From NCBI GenBank assembly GCA_963753975.1, contig CAVWEH010000001.1, positions 1-64,000 of the forward strand: 64,000 nt of DNA, in the 5' to 3' direction. Each line of letters begins with the position of its first letter. Within the stretch, counting starts at the first letter, position 1. The translations under genes and the position numbers were made by a program. The notes beneath the pieces were generated by a model. That model did no database searches. It had not been told where the DNA came from and worked only from the letters and a program-made list of their open reading frames with translations. The stretch comes from an uncultured delta proteobacterium (GTDB lineage: Bacteria > Desulfobacterota > Syntrophia > Syntrophales > Smithellaceae). Positions 21,249 to 30,987 of the stretch are shown in pieces.

Positions 21249-22044
21249 GTTGTCAACGGATGCCTTTCTGGGAAGCCATTGCCCTGATTACACAAGGGAT
21301 TTATCTATTAAAGCTACGGCGTCAAATGAACAGGAAGATGAAAAAGCGATCATGGATAGAATGGTTGCTCAGCAGGTGGATAAGTGGCGAAAGTTGTTGG
21401 ATAAAGCATTAAAGCACGGAATTGAAATAGAAAAATTTAAAGGCGGACCGATAATCACTATTTCCAGAGAGCCGGGAAGCGGCGGAAGTGAAATTGCCAG
21501 AAGACTCGCCAAAGCATTAGATATGGAACTGATCGGTTCTCAAATAATACAGCATGTAGCGGATAGTGCCAAAATGAGCAGAAAAGTTATCGAATCGCTG
21601 GATGAAAAAGAGGTATCTTTTCGGGATACCTTACTTTCCTCTCTGTTTGGAGAATACCGTCCCTGGCCGGGTGAATTTCTGCAGCACCTGACTCGAGTAA
21701 TCGGGACTATCGGAGTTTTTGGTAACACTATTATCGTAGGAAGGGGAGCGAATCATATCCTGCCACCGGGAAAAGCATTTAAGGTCAGAATAATTGCCCC
21801 GCTGGATTACAGAATTAAATATTTCATGGCAGACAGGGGATATTCTAAAGCGGAGGCGGAACAATATGTGGTTAAAACAGAAAATAACCGCAAGGCATTC
21901 ACACGGAAATACTTTAATGCCGATGTTGCTGATCCCAAACACTATGATATCATTATAAACACGGGAGGAATGTCGCTGGAAGCAGCAACGCAGGCAATTA
22001 TTGCCGCCTTCAAGAAGAAAATGGATTTGAATCCGAAAGATTGA
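21184..22044 (+). CDS. Cytidylate-kinase-like family protein with N-terminal Cys-rich motif
   Basis: IITISREPGSGG, IIVGRGA, VRIIAP and YDIIINT motifs. N-terminal [14 protein letters not shown]...HCPDY. Confidence 0.85.
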   Translation: MTVEKHICGICAWRRECQKRFKLSTDAFLGSHCPDYTRDLSIKATASNEQEDEKAIMDRMVAQQVDKWRKLLDKALKHGIEIEKFKGGPIITISREPGSGGSEIARRLAKALDMELIGSQIIQHVADSAKMSRKVIESLDEKEVSFRDTLLSSLFGEYRPWPGEFLQHLTRVIGTIGVFGNTIIVGRGANHILPPGKAFKVRIIAPLDYRIKYFMADRGYSKAEAEQYVVKTENNRKAFTRKYFNADVADPKHYDIIINTGGMSLEAATQAIIAAFKKKMDLNPKD

Positions 22045-22146
22045 AATTTACAGCAGGCAGGCGTGGACTTTTATAGAGAAGCAGGGTTGTTATATGTTTA
22101 TACCTTTAATAATCCTGATATCTTTCCATGTAATTTTTTAAAAATA

Positions 22147-22296
22147 TTATCTGCGGACTTCTTTTTTCCATAACGACATACATATAGTCACATGCCGCAG
22201 GAAGGCAGTTGTTCTTTTTTCGTCATCGCCGCAAAAGATCTCGCAGAGCGCCCTCAGGTTCTTGTTCTTAATTTCTTCCTCGGTCCATCCTTCCAT
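22147..22296 (-). pseudogene. Internally deleted remnant of a Cys-rich (DUF3795-like) protein
   Basis: GGAGG RBS, then MEGWTEEEIKNKNLRALCEIFCG (cf. APCGxxCG start); out-of-frame PSCG follows; only 49 codons. Confidence 0.4.
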
Positions 22297-22324
22297 TTTA
22301 GCACCTCCTAAAATATTATAGCTT

Positions 22325-22762
22325 CTATTTTTCAGCTTTTTTTCGATCTTCAACTTTGAGTTCCATGACGATATGTCCCCAGCCGCCGCATTGTATTCCT
22401 ACGTCGAAGCAGCCGATTCTCTTAAAACGCGTATCATTAGGATCGACGCCGGCATAGAAGAGCTCACTTGATACATAAATCAGCGGTCCAACTGCAGTTA
22501 ATGCCCCGAAACAGATTCTATTGGGACAGAGTTTGGTCAACAGATTACCTGCCCCATCGAAATAGAACTTATCACCCACCTTATGCTGACTATTACATCC
22601 ATGTGCATCCACGACTTCTATAACAATCGTCTTATTCATTAATGCGGGTGCCTTGGAAATGACATCTTCATTTCTGGGATTTTGCCTGAATTCCTTCATC
22701 TCGTCATCGTTGTACCCAAAATGTTTTTGGCAGAACTTCCATACATCTTCGTTGATTTTCAT
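22325..22762 (-). CDS. Small Cys-containing protein, TIGR04076-like, paralogue A
   Basis: GCNSQHKVGDKFYF, LCPNRICFGA and GCFDVGIQCGGWG; GGAGG RBS. Confidence 0.55.
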   Translation of the reverse strand: MKINEDVWKFCQKHFGYNDDEMKEFRQNPRNEDVISKAPALMNKTIVIEVVDAHGCNSQHKVGDKFYFDGAGNLLTKLCPNRICFGALTAVGPLIYVSSELFYAGVDPNDTRFKRIGCFDVGIQCGGWGHIVMELKVEDRKKAEK

Positions 22763-22826
22763 TTTATTGCCTCCTTTGTTCCATAATATCACCTCTATTT
22801 TTTTTAAAGAAATTTCGAGACTTACT

Positions 22827-23354
22827 TCAACTTTTCCGGGTTGGGCTTATGTTCATGTACTTCTCCAGAGCTCTAAACATTTCTTCATCCATGACGTTCA
22901 TTTTTTTTAAGGTCTCCAGTGAAAAAAGAGAAGCAAGGCTGGATGATCGGGCACAAATTTCACTTTCATCATTATAGATGTATCCCTGCAAGATCGCTTC
23001 CCGTTCACTATTTATTTTGTTCACCATACCTTTAACACTGATCTCTTTGCCGATTAAAACAGGCTTTATAAAATTAACGGTTATTGATTTGGAAACAACC
23101 AGCTTTTTCAGTATAATCAGAGCTGCCCAGCCCATAGCTTCATCAAGCATAGTTGAAATAATGCCTCCGTGAACCAAGTTACTCCACCCACAAAGGTGAT
23201 CAGGTACTTTTAACCAGGATATTACTGAATCCAGCTTTTCTGTGGCATAAAACTTCATTTGAAGTCCTGATTTATTTTTAAGGCTGCACCCGAAACAGTT
23301 TTGATTCTCCCCAGTCGGCAGCGGAATATAGCCATTCCTATCTTCTGTTTTCAT
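22827..23354 (-). CDS. PaaI-family (hotdog) thioesterase
   Basis: CFGCS...GL and VHGGIISTMLDEAMG motifs. Confidence 0.9.
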   Translation of the reverse strand: MKTEDRNGYIPLPTGENQNCFGCSLKNKSGLQMKFYATEKLDSVISWLKVPDHLCGWSNLVHGGIISTMLDEAMGWAALIILKKLVVSKSITVNFIKPVLIGKEISVKGMVNKINSEREAILQGYIYNDESEICARSSSLASLFSLETLKKMNVMDEEMFRALEKYMNISPTRKS

Positions 23355-23781
23355 CAATCACCTCTCGATCTTCAACTTTGAGTTCCATGACAATATGTCC
23401 CCAGCCGCCGCACCTCACTCCAACATCAACACAACCGAACCTGTTGAACCTCATTTTATTGGGATCAATGCCGGCATAAATAAGTTCAGCTAAGGCGGGC
23501 ATAGCCAGAGCAACCGAATGCAAGGCGAAAATAGAAACTCTGCTCGGTCCTAGTTTTGCTAAAAGGCTAACACCGCGACCATCAAAATAGAACTTGTCAC
23601 CGGCTTTATGCCCGCTGTCGCACCCATGCGATTCAATAACTTCCGCGACAATTGTTTTATTGAGCATTAAGGCCGTTTTGGATAAAGCATCCTCATTCCG
23701 GGGATCCGCCCGAAATATTTTCATTTCTTCGTCAGTATAATTTAGGTGCTTTTGCAACATTTTCCACATATCTTCACTCAT
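23338..23781 (-). CDS. Small protein, TIGR04076-like, paralogue B
   Basis: GCDSGHKAGDKFYF and GCVDVGVRCGGWGHIVMELKVEDR; colinear with 22325-22762. Confidence 0.55.
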   Translation of the reverse strand: MSEDMWKMLQKHLNYTDEEMKIFRADPRNEDALSKTALMLNKTIVAEVIESHGCDSGHKAGDKFYFDGRGVSLLAKLGPSRVSIFALHSVALAMPALAELIYAGIDPNKMRFNRFGCVDVGVRCGGWGHIVMELKVEDREVIDENRR

Positions 23782-23804
23782 CGATATTTCCCCCTTAATG
23801 TCAT

Positions 23805-24320
23805 TTATTTGTCAAAGAAAAACCTGTAATCTCGAAAACATTTGCCGTCGGTATGCATCATGCAGCCTGTCACCTTGGGCTCCACTTCATATTTAATACC
23901 CAGAGTGGAGAGCCAGGTATCAATCCGCAGCATGATGCCGCATTCATAACGGTCAATAACGCCCAGCGCTTTTATTCCCTCGTAAGCGAAGCAAGACTTC
24001 CATTCAGCGTGCATTAAGTTTTTGGCAGGCGTGCTATATTTATATTTCATAAATTTGCCGGTAGCGATTTCCATTGCTATATCAAAAAAACTTTTAAACT
24101 CATCAAAGGTATTAATCTGCCCAACACCGACAGCCTTGTGAATTCGTTTGATCTCTATGGCGGACATGTCGCGTATCGCGGCTTTGTTTATTTTATTTGT
24201 TTTTTCGATACCGCATTCTTGCAAACAGTTGTAAAACCACATGGCATCGTGGGTCATCCAGTTTTTATTCAAAATTTCTTTCAATTCATTTTTGTCCAGC
24301 GGGATTGAATCGGTCGCCAT
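23805..24320 (-). CDS. DUF6125-like (V4R-related) protein
   Basis: KNWMTHDAMWF motif and spaced Cys residues (SCFAY, ECG, GCMM, CF). Confidence 0.6.
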   Translation of the reverse strand: MATDSIPLDKNELKEILNKNWMTHDAMWFYNCLQECGIEKTNKINKAAIRDMSAIEIKRIHKAVGVGQINTFDEFKSFFDIAMEIATGKFMKYKYSTPAKNLMHAEWKSCFAYEGIKALGVIDRYECGIMLRIDTWLSTLGIKYEVEPKVTGCMMHTDGKCFRDYRFFFDK

Positions 24321-24373
24321 TTTTTACGTTCTCCTTTTCTTCAATTTCTTTATCTATCCTCATCTCTCTTCCT

Positions 24374-24982
24374 TCACTTGCGCCGCCCATTCCTCATCCC
24401 GACCTTCGCTTTGTTCATAATAGCTGCGTATGTCTCCCGAATAATCTGCTCAACGGATTCCGCCGGGATTTTCCCTTCTTCCAGGTATCTCCTGATGATT
24501 CCGCCCGGTGCATCGTCAAGGACATATCGTGTGCGGTCGATGGTCTCTCTTGTAAGACGCCCGAATTGTTTCTGGATAAAAAGGCGCATCGTTTCATTCA
24601 GTTTTTCGGTCAGGATTCGGGCCCGTTCCTTCAATTCGATTGGCCACTTGCCGGAAATAAAATCTTCCCGCTTATGCAGGAGCAGAACTCTTGCTTCGTT
24701 CGGATGCTCTCTCACCCATTTCAGTCCGTAGAGCGCCGCCTCAAGTCCGTCCACATTGATCCTTTTGAGGTATTCCTTTTGAAAAGGTTCCACAATGGCA
24801 AGCCAGAGCTCTCCTAACAACTCATCACGAGATGAAAAACGGTGATAAACCGAGCCGACTGGAGATTTGGTTCGTTTGGAGAGGGCTGCGATCGTGAGGG
24901 CGCTAAGCCCCTTTTCGGCAATAATGCCGATTGCCGCCTCTATAAAATCTTTATGTCTAAAATGCGCATTGCGTCCCATCAT
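24374..24982 (-). CDS. TetR/AcrR family transcriptional regulator
   Basis: N-terminal HTH: GLSALTIAALSKRTKSPVGSVYHRFSSRDELL. Confidence 0.92.
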   Translation of the reverse strand: MMGRNAHFRHKDFIEAAIGIIAEKGLSALTIAALSKRTKSPVGSVYHRFSSRDELLGELWLAIVEPFQKEYLKRINVDGLEAALYGLKWVREHPNEARVLLLHKREDFISGKWPIELKERARILTEKLNETMRLFIQKQFGRLTRETIDRTRYVLDDAPGGIIRRYLEEGKIPAESVEQIIRETYAAIMNKAKVGMRNGRRK

Positions 24983-24987
24983 CTCCG

Positions 24988-25016
24988 ATATTAGAATAAG
25001 CATTCTAATATGTCAA
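24988..25016 (-). promoter_or_regulatory. TetR operator overlapping its own promoter
   Basis: Perfect inverted repeat ATATTAGAAT-AAGC-ATTCTAATAT (24988-25011) adjoining a minus-strand TTGACA (25011-25016). Confidence 0.75.
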
Positions 25017-25191
25017 GATTTTTTCATCGGAAATGGCGGAAAGCGTTTGCAGTCGGGCCATACAGATTTTAGGCGCCAATGGTTATACGCGTAACTGGCC
25101 GGTGGAAGAGTACTACCGGGACGCCAAGGCCATGGCCATCTATGAAGGTACAAAGCAAATCCAGCGGATGATCATCGCTTCCATGTTATAA
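25012..25191 (+). pseudogene. C-terminal remnant of an acyl-CoA dehydrogenase
   Basis: Translates VKIFSSEMAESVCSRAIQILGANGYTRNWPVEEYYRDAKAMAIYEGTKQIQRMIIASML*, the ACAD C-terminal signature. Not in the ORF track. Confidence 0.88.
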
Positions 25192-25409
25192 TTGCCATGT
25201 ATTTCATCAGCAAATAGATGGATGTATTTTTCTTCGCAACAATTCTATATTGTCATCACTGCAATTCCGGATTTAAGGCTTGCCTCACTTTGCATATCAC
25301 CGGTCATCAAAATTTCTTTTGACATACAAAGAAGCTTCACATATATAACATAAAAGCAAAAAATCCTTTCACGGAAATCAAACTAAATTCATCTTAGGAG
25401 AGGAAAACA

Positions 25410-27080
25410 ATGGAAGCAAAACCCTGGCATCGTCACTATGATTACAACGTTCCCACAACCATCCGTTATCCGCGCTTGGTGGCCCATGAGCTACTGGATA
25501 TTCCCACCGGAGCTTATCCGGACAAGGCTGCCCTGACTTTTTTCGGCAGTGAAATGACTTTTTACGAACTGCGCCAGGAGTGCAAGCGCTTTGCCAATGC
25601 CCTGGCCGGCCTCGGTATCCGGAAGGGAGACCGGGTGGGGGTGCAGCTGCCTAATTGTCCTCAATATATGATCGCTTATTTTGCAGTTCTGTCCATCGGG
25701 GGAATCGTCGTTAACCTCAACCCGTTGTATACGCCTGATGAGCTGAAGCTGATGGCGAATATTTCGGGACTGACAACACTTGTTACCTTTGACATGGTTC
25801 TGCCGGCTGTCCGCGTTTTATGCAAACAAGTTCAAATTCCCCGGGTGATTGTTACTGCAGTTACAGACTACATCAAGGGATTCCCCCTGAGTTCTGCCAA
25901 AAGCCTCGATCTGGAGGCGGGCTGGCACCATTTTGCGGAATTAATCGCGAAATACCCAAACCCCCAACGTTCCAGAGTCCAGGTCAGTCCCAATGATCCG
26001 GCCATGCTTCAGTTTACGGGCGGCACAACCGGCATCCCCAAAGGCGCGGTTCTCACCCATGCCAATATTGTGGCGGCCGCCTTCGGAAGCTCGCTGTGGG
26101 GAAATTCCACCACCACTCTCACGCCCTACGAAAAGCGCAATGTCATGGCCATACTTCCTTACTTCCATGTTTACGGTAACATCGTCGTGATGAACTGGGC
26201 AATGCTCAACTGCGCCACGCAAATCCAGGTTCCCCGCTTCAATATTGACGAGATGATCGAACTTATTTCTAAATTCGACAGAATTACTTTTTTCCCGACG
26301 GTTCCCACGTTGATCACCGCGTTGATCAGTCATCCCAAAGCGGCAGAACTGAACATGGGCAAGAAAATAGGCATGTTAAACTCAGGCGGGGCCCCAATGC
26401 CCGTGGAACTCATAGAGCAGGTTAAAGACATGGGAATCTATTTCTCCGAGGGCTATGGTCTTTCCGAATCCACATCCCTGGGTATATCGAACCCGGTTCT
26501 GGGTTTGAAGAAAGTCGGCAGCATCGGCATTCCCTTCCCGGATAACGACGTCCGGCTGGTGGATGTCGAAAACGGACAGACGGATGTTCCGGATGGTCAG
26601 CCGGGCGAAATCATCATGAAGGGCCCACTGGTCATGCAGGGATACTGGAACAACCCGGAGGAAACGAAAGGACAACTGAAAGACGGCTGGCTCTACACGG
26701 GAGACATCGCGATAAGGGATGAAGATGGCTATATCTTTATCGTCGACCGTAAAAAAGATATGATTATTGCCGGCGGATTCAATATTTATCCGCGCGATAT
26801 TGATGAAGTGCTCTTCCAGCATCCCAAAGTCGCCGAAGCCGTAGCACTGGGCGTGAAAGATCAATACCGGGGAGAAACGGTTAAGGCCTTTGTCGTTCTA
26901 AAACCCGGCCAGAAGTGCACGGAAGAGGAAATCATCAAATTCTGCAAGGAGAAGCTGGCACCCTATAAGGTCCCCAAGCTGGTTGAATTCCGTGATTCGA
27001 TTCCCAAGTCCGCCATCGGTAAAATTCTGCGCAAGGTTTTAAGGGAGGAAGAGGAAGCAAAAGCAAAACAGAAAAAGTAG
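25410..27080 (+). CDS. fadD: Long-chain fatty acid-CoA ligase
   Basis: QFTGGTTGIPKG, EGYGLSE, LYTGD, DRKKDMI and KSAIGK motifs. Confidence 0.92.
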   Translation: MEAKPWHRHYDYNVPTTIRYPRLVAHELLDIPTGAYPDKAALTFFGSEMTFYELRQECKRFANALAGLGIRKGDRVGVQLPNCPQYMIAYFAVLSIGGIVVNLNPLYTPDELKLMANISGLTTLVTFDMVLPAVRVLCKQVQIPRVIVTAVTDYIKGFPLSSAKSLDLEAGWHHFAELIAKYPNPQRSRVQVSPNDPAMLQFTGGTTGIPKGAVLTHANIVAAAFGSSLWGNSTTTLTPYEKRNVMAILPYFHVYGNIVVMNWAMLNCATQIQVPRFNIDEMIELISKFDRITFFPTVPTLITALISHPKAAELNMGKKIGMLNSGGAPMPVELIEQVKDMGIYFSEGYGLSESTSLGISNPVLGLKKVGSIGIPFPDNDVRLVDVENGQTDVPDGQPGEIIMKGPLVMQGYWNNPEETKGQLKDGWLYTGDIAIRDEDGYIFIVDRKKDMIIAGGFNIYPRDIDEVLFQHPKVAEAVALGVKDQYRGETVKAFVVLKPGQKCTEEEIIKFCKEKLAPYKVPKLVEFRDSIPKSAIGKILRKVLREEEEAKAKQKK

Positions 27081-27290
27081 TGAACCTAAGCGATGCAGGA
27101 ACTGAGTATTTCCTTGACATATAAGACCGGGCTTCTTATAAAGGAAGAAACGTTTTATCAAATATAAAAATAATAGCGTAGTGGGTGAGTTACGATTATC
27201 AGCAGTGTGGGTAGGCCAGGGGAGATATGATACCTGGCTGCCTTGGTGAGGAAAGGATTATAATAACTTTAACAACACAGGAGATGAACC

Positions 27291-27392
27291 ATGGCTATAG
27301 TGAAAGAAAAACGCAAGTTCAATTTTATCTTATTAGCGGTGTTGATTGTTGTCATTATCATTTTCGCATTGTCTTACTTCAAAGTGTTCTAA
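27291..27392 (+). CDS. 33-aa single-TM small protein
   Basis: AGGAG RBS 7 nt before ATG; MAIVKEKRKFNFILLAVLIVVIIIFALSYFKVF. Below the ORF-track size cut-off. Confidence 0.6.
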   Translation: MAIVKEKRKFNFILLAVLIVVIIIFALSYFKVF

Positions 27393-27667
27393 AGAGCGCT
27401 TAATCAATTGGGACGGGGAAACTATTCTTTCAAGCGTGTCTAAAAGTTAGGTTAAATTTTTCGTTTTCGCGCCGCGCTTTCCCTCCGGACCATGGTAGTC
27501 GAAACTTTGGCAACCAATAATGTAGATGTGTCGGATTTTAAGTGGTTAGTCGCCGACAGTTCGATGACCCCTGCTGCTTACAACTGTTGGCTACGTTTTG
27601 GAAAAAGGAGAGGCGTTATTAGGCGGCAAGGGTTCCCACCTGTTTAATAGCGAAGATGCGAGAAAGG

Positions 27668-28309
27668 CTAAAACTTTTTTTCCGCTTTAACTCTCCCCTC
27701 ACGAATTTCTCGAATAAAATCTTCTTCATCATAAACTTTATTTTCAAAAATGGTTACACAAGAACCTACTTTGAAAATTTTATGAGCGTCACTACCGCCG
27801 GTTCCGGGTATCCCGAGCTTGTCCATCGCCTTTACGACTTTGCTTAAGGCCAGCTCCGTATGGTCGGGATGCCAAAGCTCGATGGCATCAATCGGCAATT
27901 TGTAAATCCTGTCACCGGCTCCGTAATAATGGGATTTCCCCCCGCGGGACAATTTGTAAGGATGCGCTGCAATAACGATTCCTCTCTCTCTATGGACCAT
28001 TTCACTAAGTTCCTGCGCCGCATAACGGCCGGTTAGACTTTGTTTTATACCGAACACCAAAAAATCTCCCTCCATCTCATTTTTGGCGTTTTGAGTATAT
28101 ATCTCCTGCCCATTGATTAAAACGACGCCTTGAGAATTGGCCAATTTTTGAAGCTTAGCGAATTCTTCATCCGGCCAGCGCATGCCGTGTTCGGTGATAG
28201 CGATACCGTCAAGATGCGTCTCCACCGCCTGACGAATTAGTTCTTCGGGGTTGATGAAAGAACAATCGGAATATTTGTGTGTATGGACATGAATATCAAA
28301 AGCAAACAT
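27668..28309 (-). CDS. PHP-domain metal-dependent phosphoesterase
   Basis: DIHVHT, AITEH, AAHPY and GGSDAH motifs. Confidence 0.9.
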   Translation of the reverse strand: MFAFDIHVHTHKYSDCSFINPEELIRQAVETHLDGIAITEHGMRWPDEEFAKLQKLANSQGVVLINGQEIYTQNAKNEMEGDFLVFGIKQSLTGRYAAQELSEMVHRERGIVIAAHPYKLSRGGKSHYYGAGDRIYKLPIDAIELWHPDHTELALSKVVKAMDKLGIPGTGGSDAHKIFKVGSCVTIFENKVYDEEDFIREIREGRVKAEKKF

Positions 28310-28552
28310 AAATACACTATCTCATCCACGCCGGTGCAACACCGGTTATTAATTGATAATCTAATTATACACAATTTTCGCAAATAAGTTGCGATATTTC
28401 CAAATCTGAACAATCCGTAAATTTTAAGCGGGTTTTTTAAATTATATTCATGTTTCCTTAAAAAGAGAGACGGATTACTTGATATACGCGGATGATTATT
28501 GTATGAATTTATCATCAGTGCAATCAGCATCAGATAAGGGAGCTTGCATTAC

Positions 28553-30193
28553 ATGAAAACAACTAAAGACAAAGAAGATATAGCAAACGAAAAAAACACC
28601 CCACCCGTGAGTAAAGAAACCGATAACAATCCCCTACGCTCTGACCTTGCCGAAGTGATCAAAAGACATTCTTTCGGCCTGGACATCAGCCGCCCTGATG
28701 CAGTGGCCAAAAGAAGAGAGAAAAATCAGCGCACGGCCCGCGCCAATGTGGAGGATCTTTGCGATAACGGCAGTTTCCTCGAATACGGAGCTCTGACCAT
28801 CGCCGCACAACGCGGCCGCCGTTCAATAGATGATCTCATCAGCAAAACTCCCGGCGACGGCCTGATCGCGGGCATCGGATCGGTCAACGGCTCGCTGTTT
28901 TCTGAGGAAAAAACACGCTGCATGGTCATGGCTTACGATTATACAGTTCTCGCCGGCACTCAGGGGTTTTTCAATCACAAAAAGATGGATCGCCTACTGA
29001 ATCTCGCGCATGAACAGGGCCTGCCGCTGGTTTTGTTTGCGGAAGGCGGCGGCGGCAGGCCGGGTGATGTTGACGCCGCAGGCGTCATGGTAGCGGGTCT
29101 GGATTTGTCTACCTTTGCCTCTTTCGCCCGGCTCAGCGGCAAGGTGCCGGTGGTCGGCGTCGTATCGGGCCCCTGCTTCGCAGGAAACGCGGCGCTCTTG
29201 GGCTGCTGCGATGTGATTATCGCCACCAGCAATTCCAATATCGGTATGGGCGGCCCGGTGATGATTGAAGGCGGGGGCTTGGGTGTTTTCAAGCCGGAAG
29301 AGGTCGGCCCCATTGATGTGCAGACGCAAAACGGCGTTGTCGATATTGAAGTGGCCGATGATGTAGAAATGGTTGCTGTCACCAAAAAATATCTTTCCTA
29401 TTTTCAGGGAACAACTGCCAAATGGGAGGCTGGTGATCAATTGCGCCTGCGCCGTTTGATTCCGGAAAACAGGCGGCGCGCCTATGACGTACGCGGAGTT
29501 ATTAAGACGATTGCCGATACGGATTCCTTTCTGGAGCTCCGACCCAAGTTCGGCCCGAGCATGATTACCGGCTTTATCCGAATCGAAGGCCGGCCTTTCG
29601 GCGTTATCGCCAATAACTGCATGCATATGGCCGGAGCCATTGAAGCGGAAGGCGCAGACAAAGTGGCGCGGCTGATGCAGATTTGCAGTGCGTATAAACT
29701 CCCGATTCTGTCTTTGTGCGATACTCCGGGCTTCATGGTCGGGCCGGAAATCGAAAAGCGCGCGCAGGTGCGCCATGTCTGCCGCATGTTTGTCATCGGC
29801 GCGCATTTAACCGTGCCTTACTTTACGATTGTTTTACGCCGGGGCTACGGCCTCGGAGCGATGGCTATGGCCAAGGGCGGCTTCCATGAATCTTGTTTTA
29901 CAGCCGCCTGGCCGACCGGGGAATTCGGAGGCATGGGGCTGGAAGGCGCGGTTAAGGCCGGTTTTAAAAAGGAGCTTGCGGCAATAAAAGACCTGAAGAA
30001 ACGCGAAGCGCTCTACGACAAACTGGTTGCCCAATTATATGAAAGAGGCAAAGCCATCAACATGGCCGCCTATCTGGAGATCGACGCGGTCATTGATCCG
30101 GCCGATACCCGCAAATTGATTATCCAGGGTTTGAATTCCGTTCCCGCTCAGCGACCTGGTGAGGCAGACCACTCTTTTGTCGATCCGTGGTAA
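28553..30193 (+). CDS. Acyl-CoA carboxylase/decarboxylase carboxyltransferase subunit
   Basis: DYTVLAGTQG, AEGGGGRPGD, CFAGNA and DTPGFMVG motifs. Confidence 0.9.
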   Translation: MKTTKDKEDIANEKNTPPVSKETDNNPLRSDLAEVIKRHSFGLDISRPDAVAKRREKNQRTARANVEDLCDNGSFLEYGALTIAAQRGRRSIDDLISKTPGDGLIAGIGSVNGSLFSEEKTRCMVMAYDYTVLAGTQGFFNHKKMDRLLNLAHEQGLPLVLFAEGGGGRPGDVDAAGVMVAGLDLSTFASFARLSGKVPVVGVVSGPCFAGNAALLGCCDVIIATSNSNIGMGGPVMIEGGGLGVFKPEEVGPIDVQTQNGVVDIEVADDVEMVAVTKKYLSYFQGTTAKWEAGDQLRLRRLIPENRRRAYDVRGVIKTIADTDSFLELRPKFGPSMITGFIRIEGRPFGVIANNCMHMAGAIEAEGADKVARLMQICSAYKLPILSLCDTPGFMVGPEIEKRAQVRHVCRMFVIGAHLTVPYFTIVLRRGYGLGAMAMAKGGFHESCFTAAWPTGEFGGMGLEGAVKAGFKKELAAIKDLKKREALYDKLVAQLYERGKAINMAAYLEIDAVIDPADTRKLIIQGLNSVPAQRPGEADHSFVDPW

Positions 30194-30542
30194 AAGAAAT
30201 TAAGGATTGGCAGAAATCGCATATTTTTTAAAAATAGTGGTTTGCATAGTTCTTCCTGTAAGTGAGTGTTCTATAAATTTTAATGTCATGCTCTATTTCA
30301 AATAGTAATCCTTAAATATGCATGGAACGAATAATCTCTAGCAAATGAGTTGGGATATTATACCGATCCAGATAGCATCCCAAGTGAAAGAATAGGAAAT
30401 TAATTGATTATTGTTTAATATTAAGTTATTAGGTGTAAAATTACAGTTTTTACCGTGGGGTGTTATGCCGACAATAGTGCGGCGTTTGCAGTATTAGCAC
30501 CGATCCATATAAATATTGTTAGATTATAAAAGAAGGGATTTC

Positions 30543-30986
30543 ATGATGATAAAGCTAATAACCATCACCATCAGTATCCTATTTATATTTTCATCTATTT
30601 CATTTGCGGTTGATGAGAACCGCCCAATGAAGAAATTAAAAACATATAAAGCAAGTGATAGCATGAGCGATCCCTGTGGAGGTTCAAGTGGTCAAGAACT
30701 GACGGAATGCGCTCGCAAAAAATTGGAGATTGCTGATAAGAAGTTAAATGCTACGTATAATGCACTGCTCATAAAGCTTAAAGATGTTCACCACCCAGAA
30801 GCAGATAACTTCGATGCGGGGTTAATAGCGGCTCAAAGAGCATGGATTAAATATCGCGATGAAAACTGCCAATTTCATGGCAGCTTTACTGGCGGTGCAC
30901 CTATTTGGCAGGCCTATTATCATATACAGTGTCTCGTTGACATGACAGATGCGCGTGAAAAAGAGCTTCAAAAATATTTAAAATAA
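30543..30986 (+). CDS. LprI (DUF1311) lysozyme-inhibitor-like exported protein, cassette 1
   Basis: Signal peptide; CARKKLEIADKKLNATY...AQRAWIKYRDENC. Confidence 0.85.
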   Translation: MMIKLITITISILFIFSSISFAVDENRPMKKLKTYKASDSMSDPCGGSSGQELTECARKKLEIADKKLNATYNALLIKLKDVHHPEADNFDAGLIAAQRAWIKYRDENCQFHGSFTGGAPIWQAYYHIQCLVDMTDAREKELQKYLK

Positions 30987-30987
30987 A

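Noticed and set aside
30200..30500. Possible integrase remnant or extra cassette upstream of the array
   Set aside because: AT-rich with broken frames; I could not recognise tyrosine-recombinase motifs or a complete attC.
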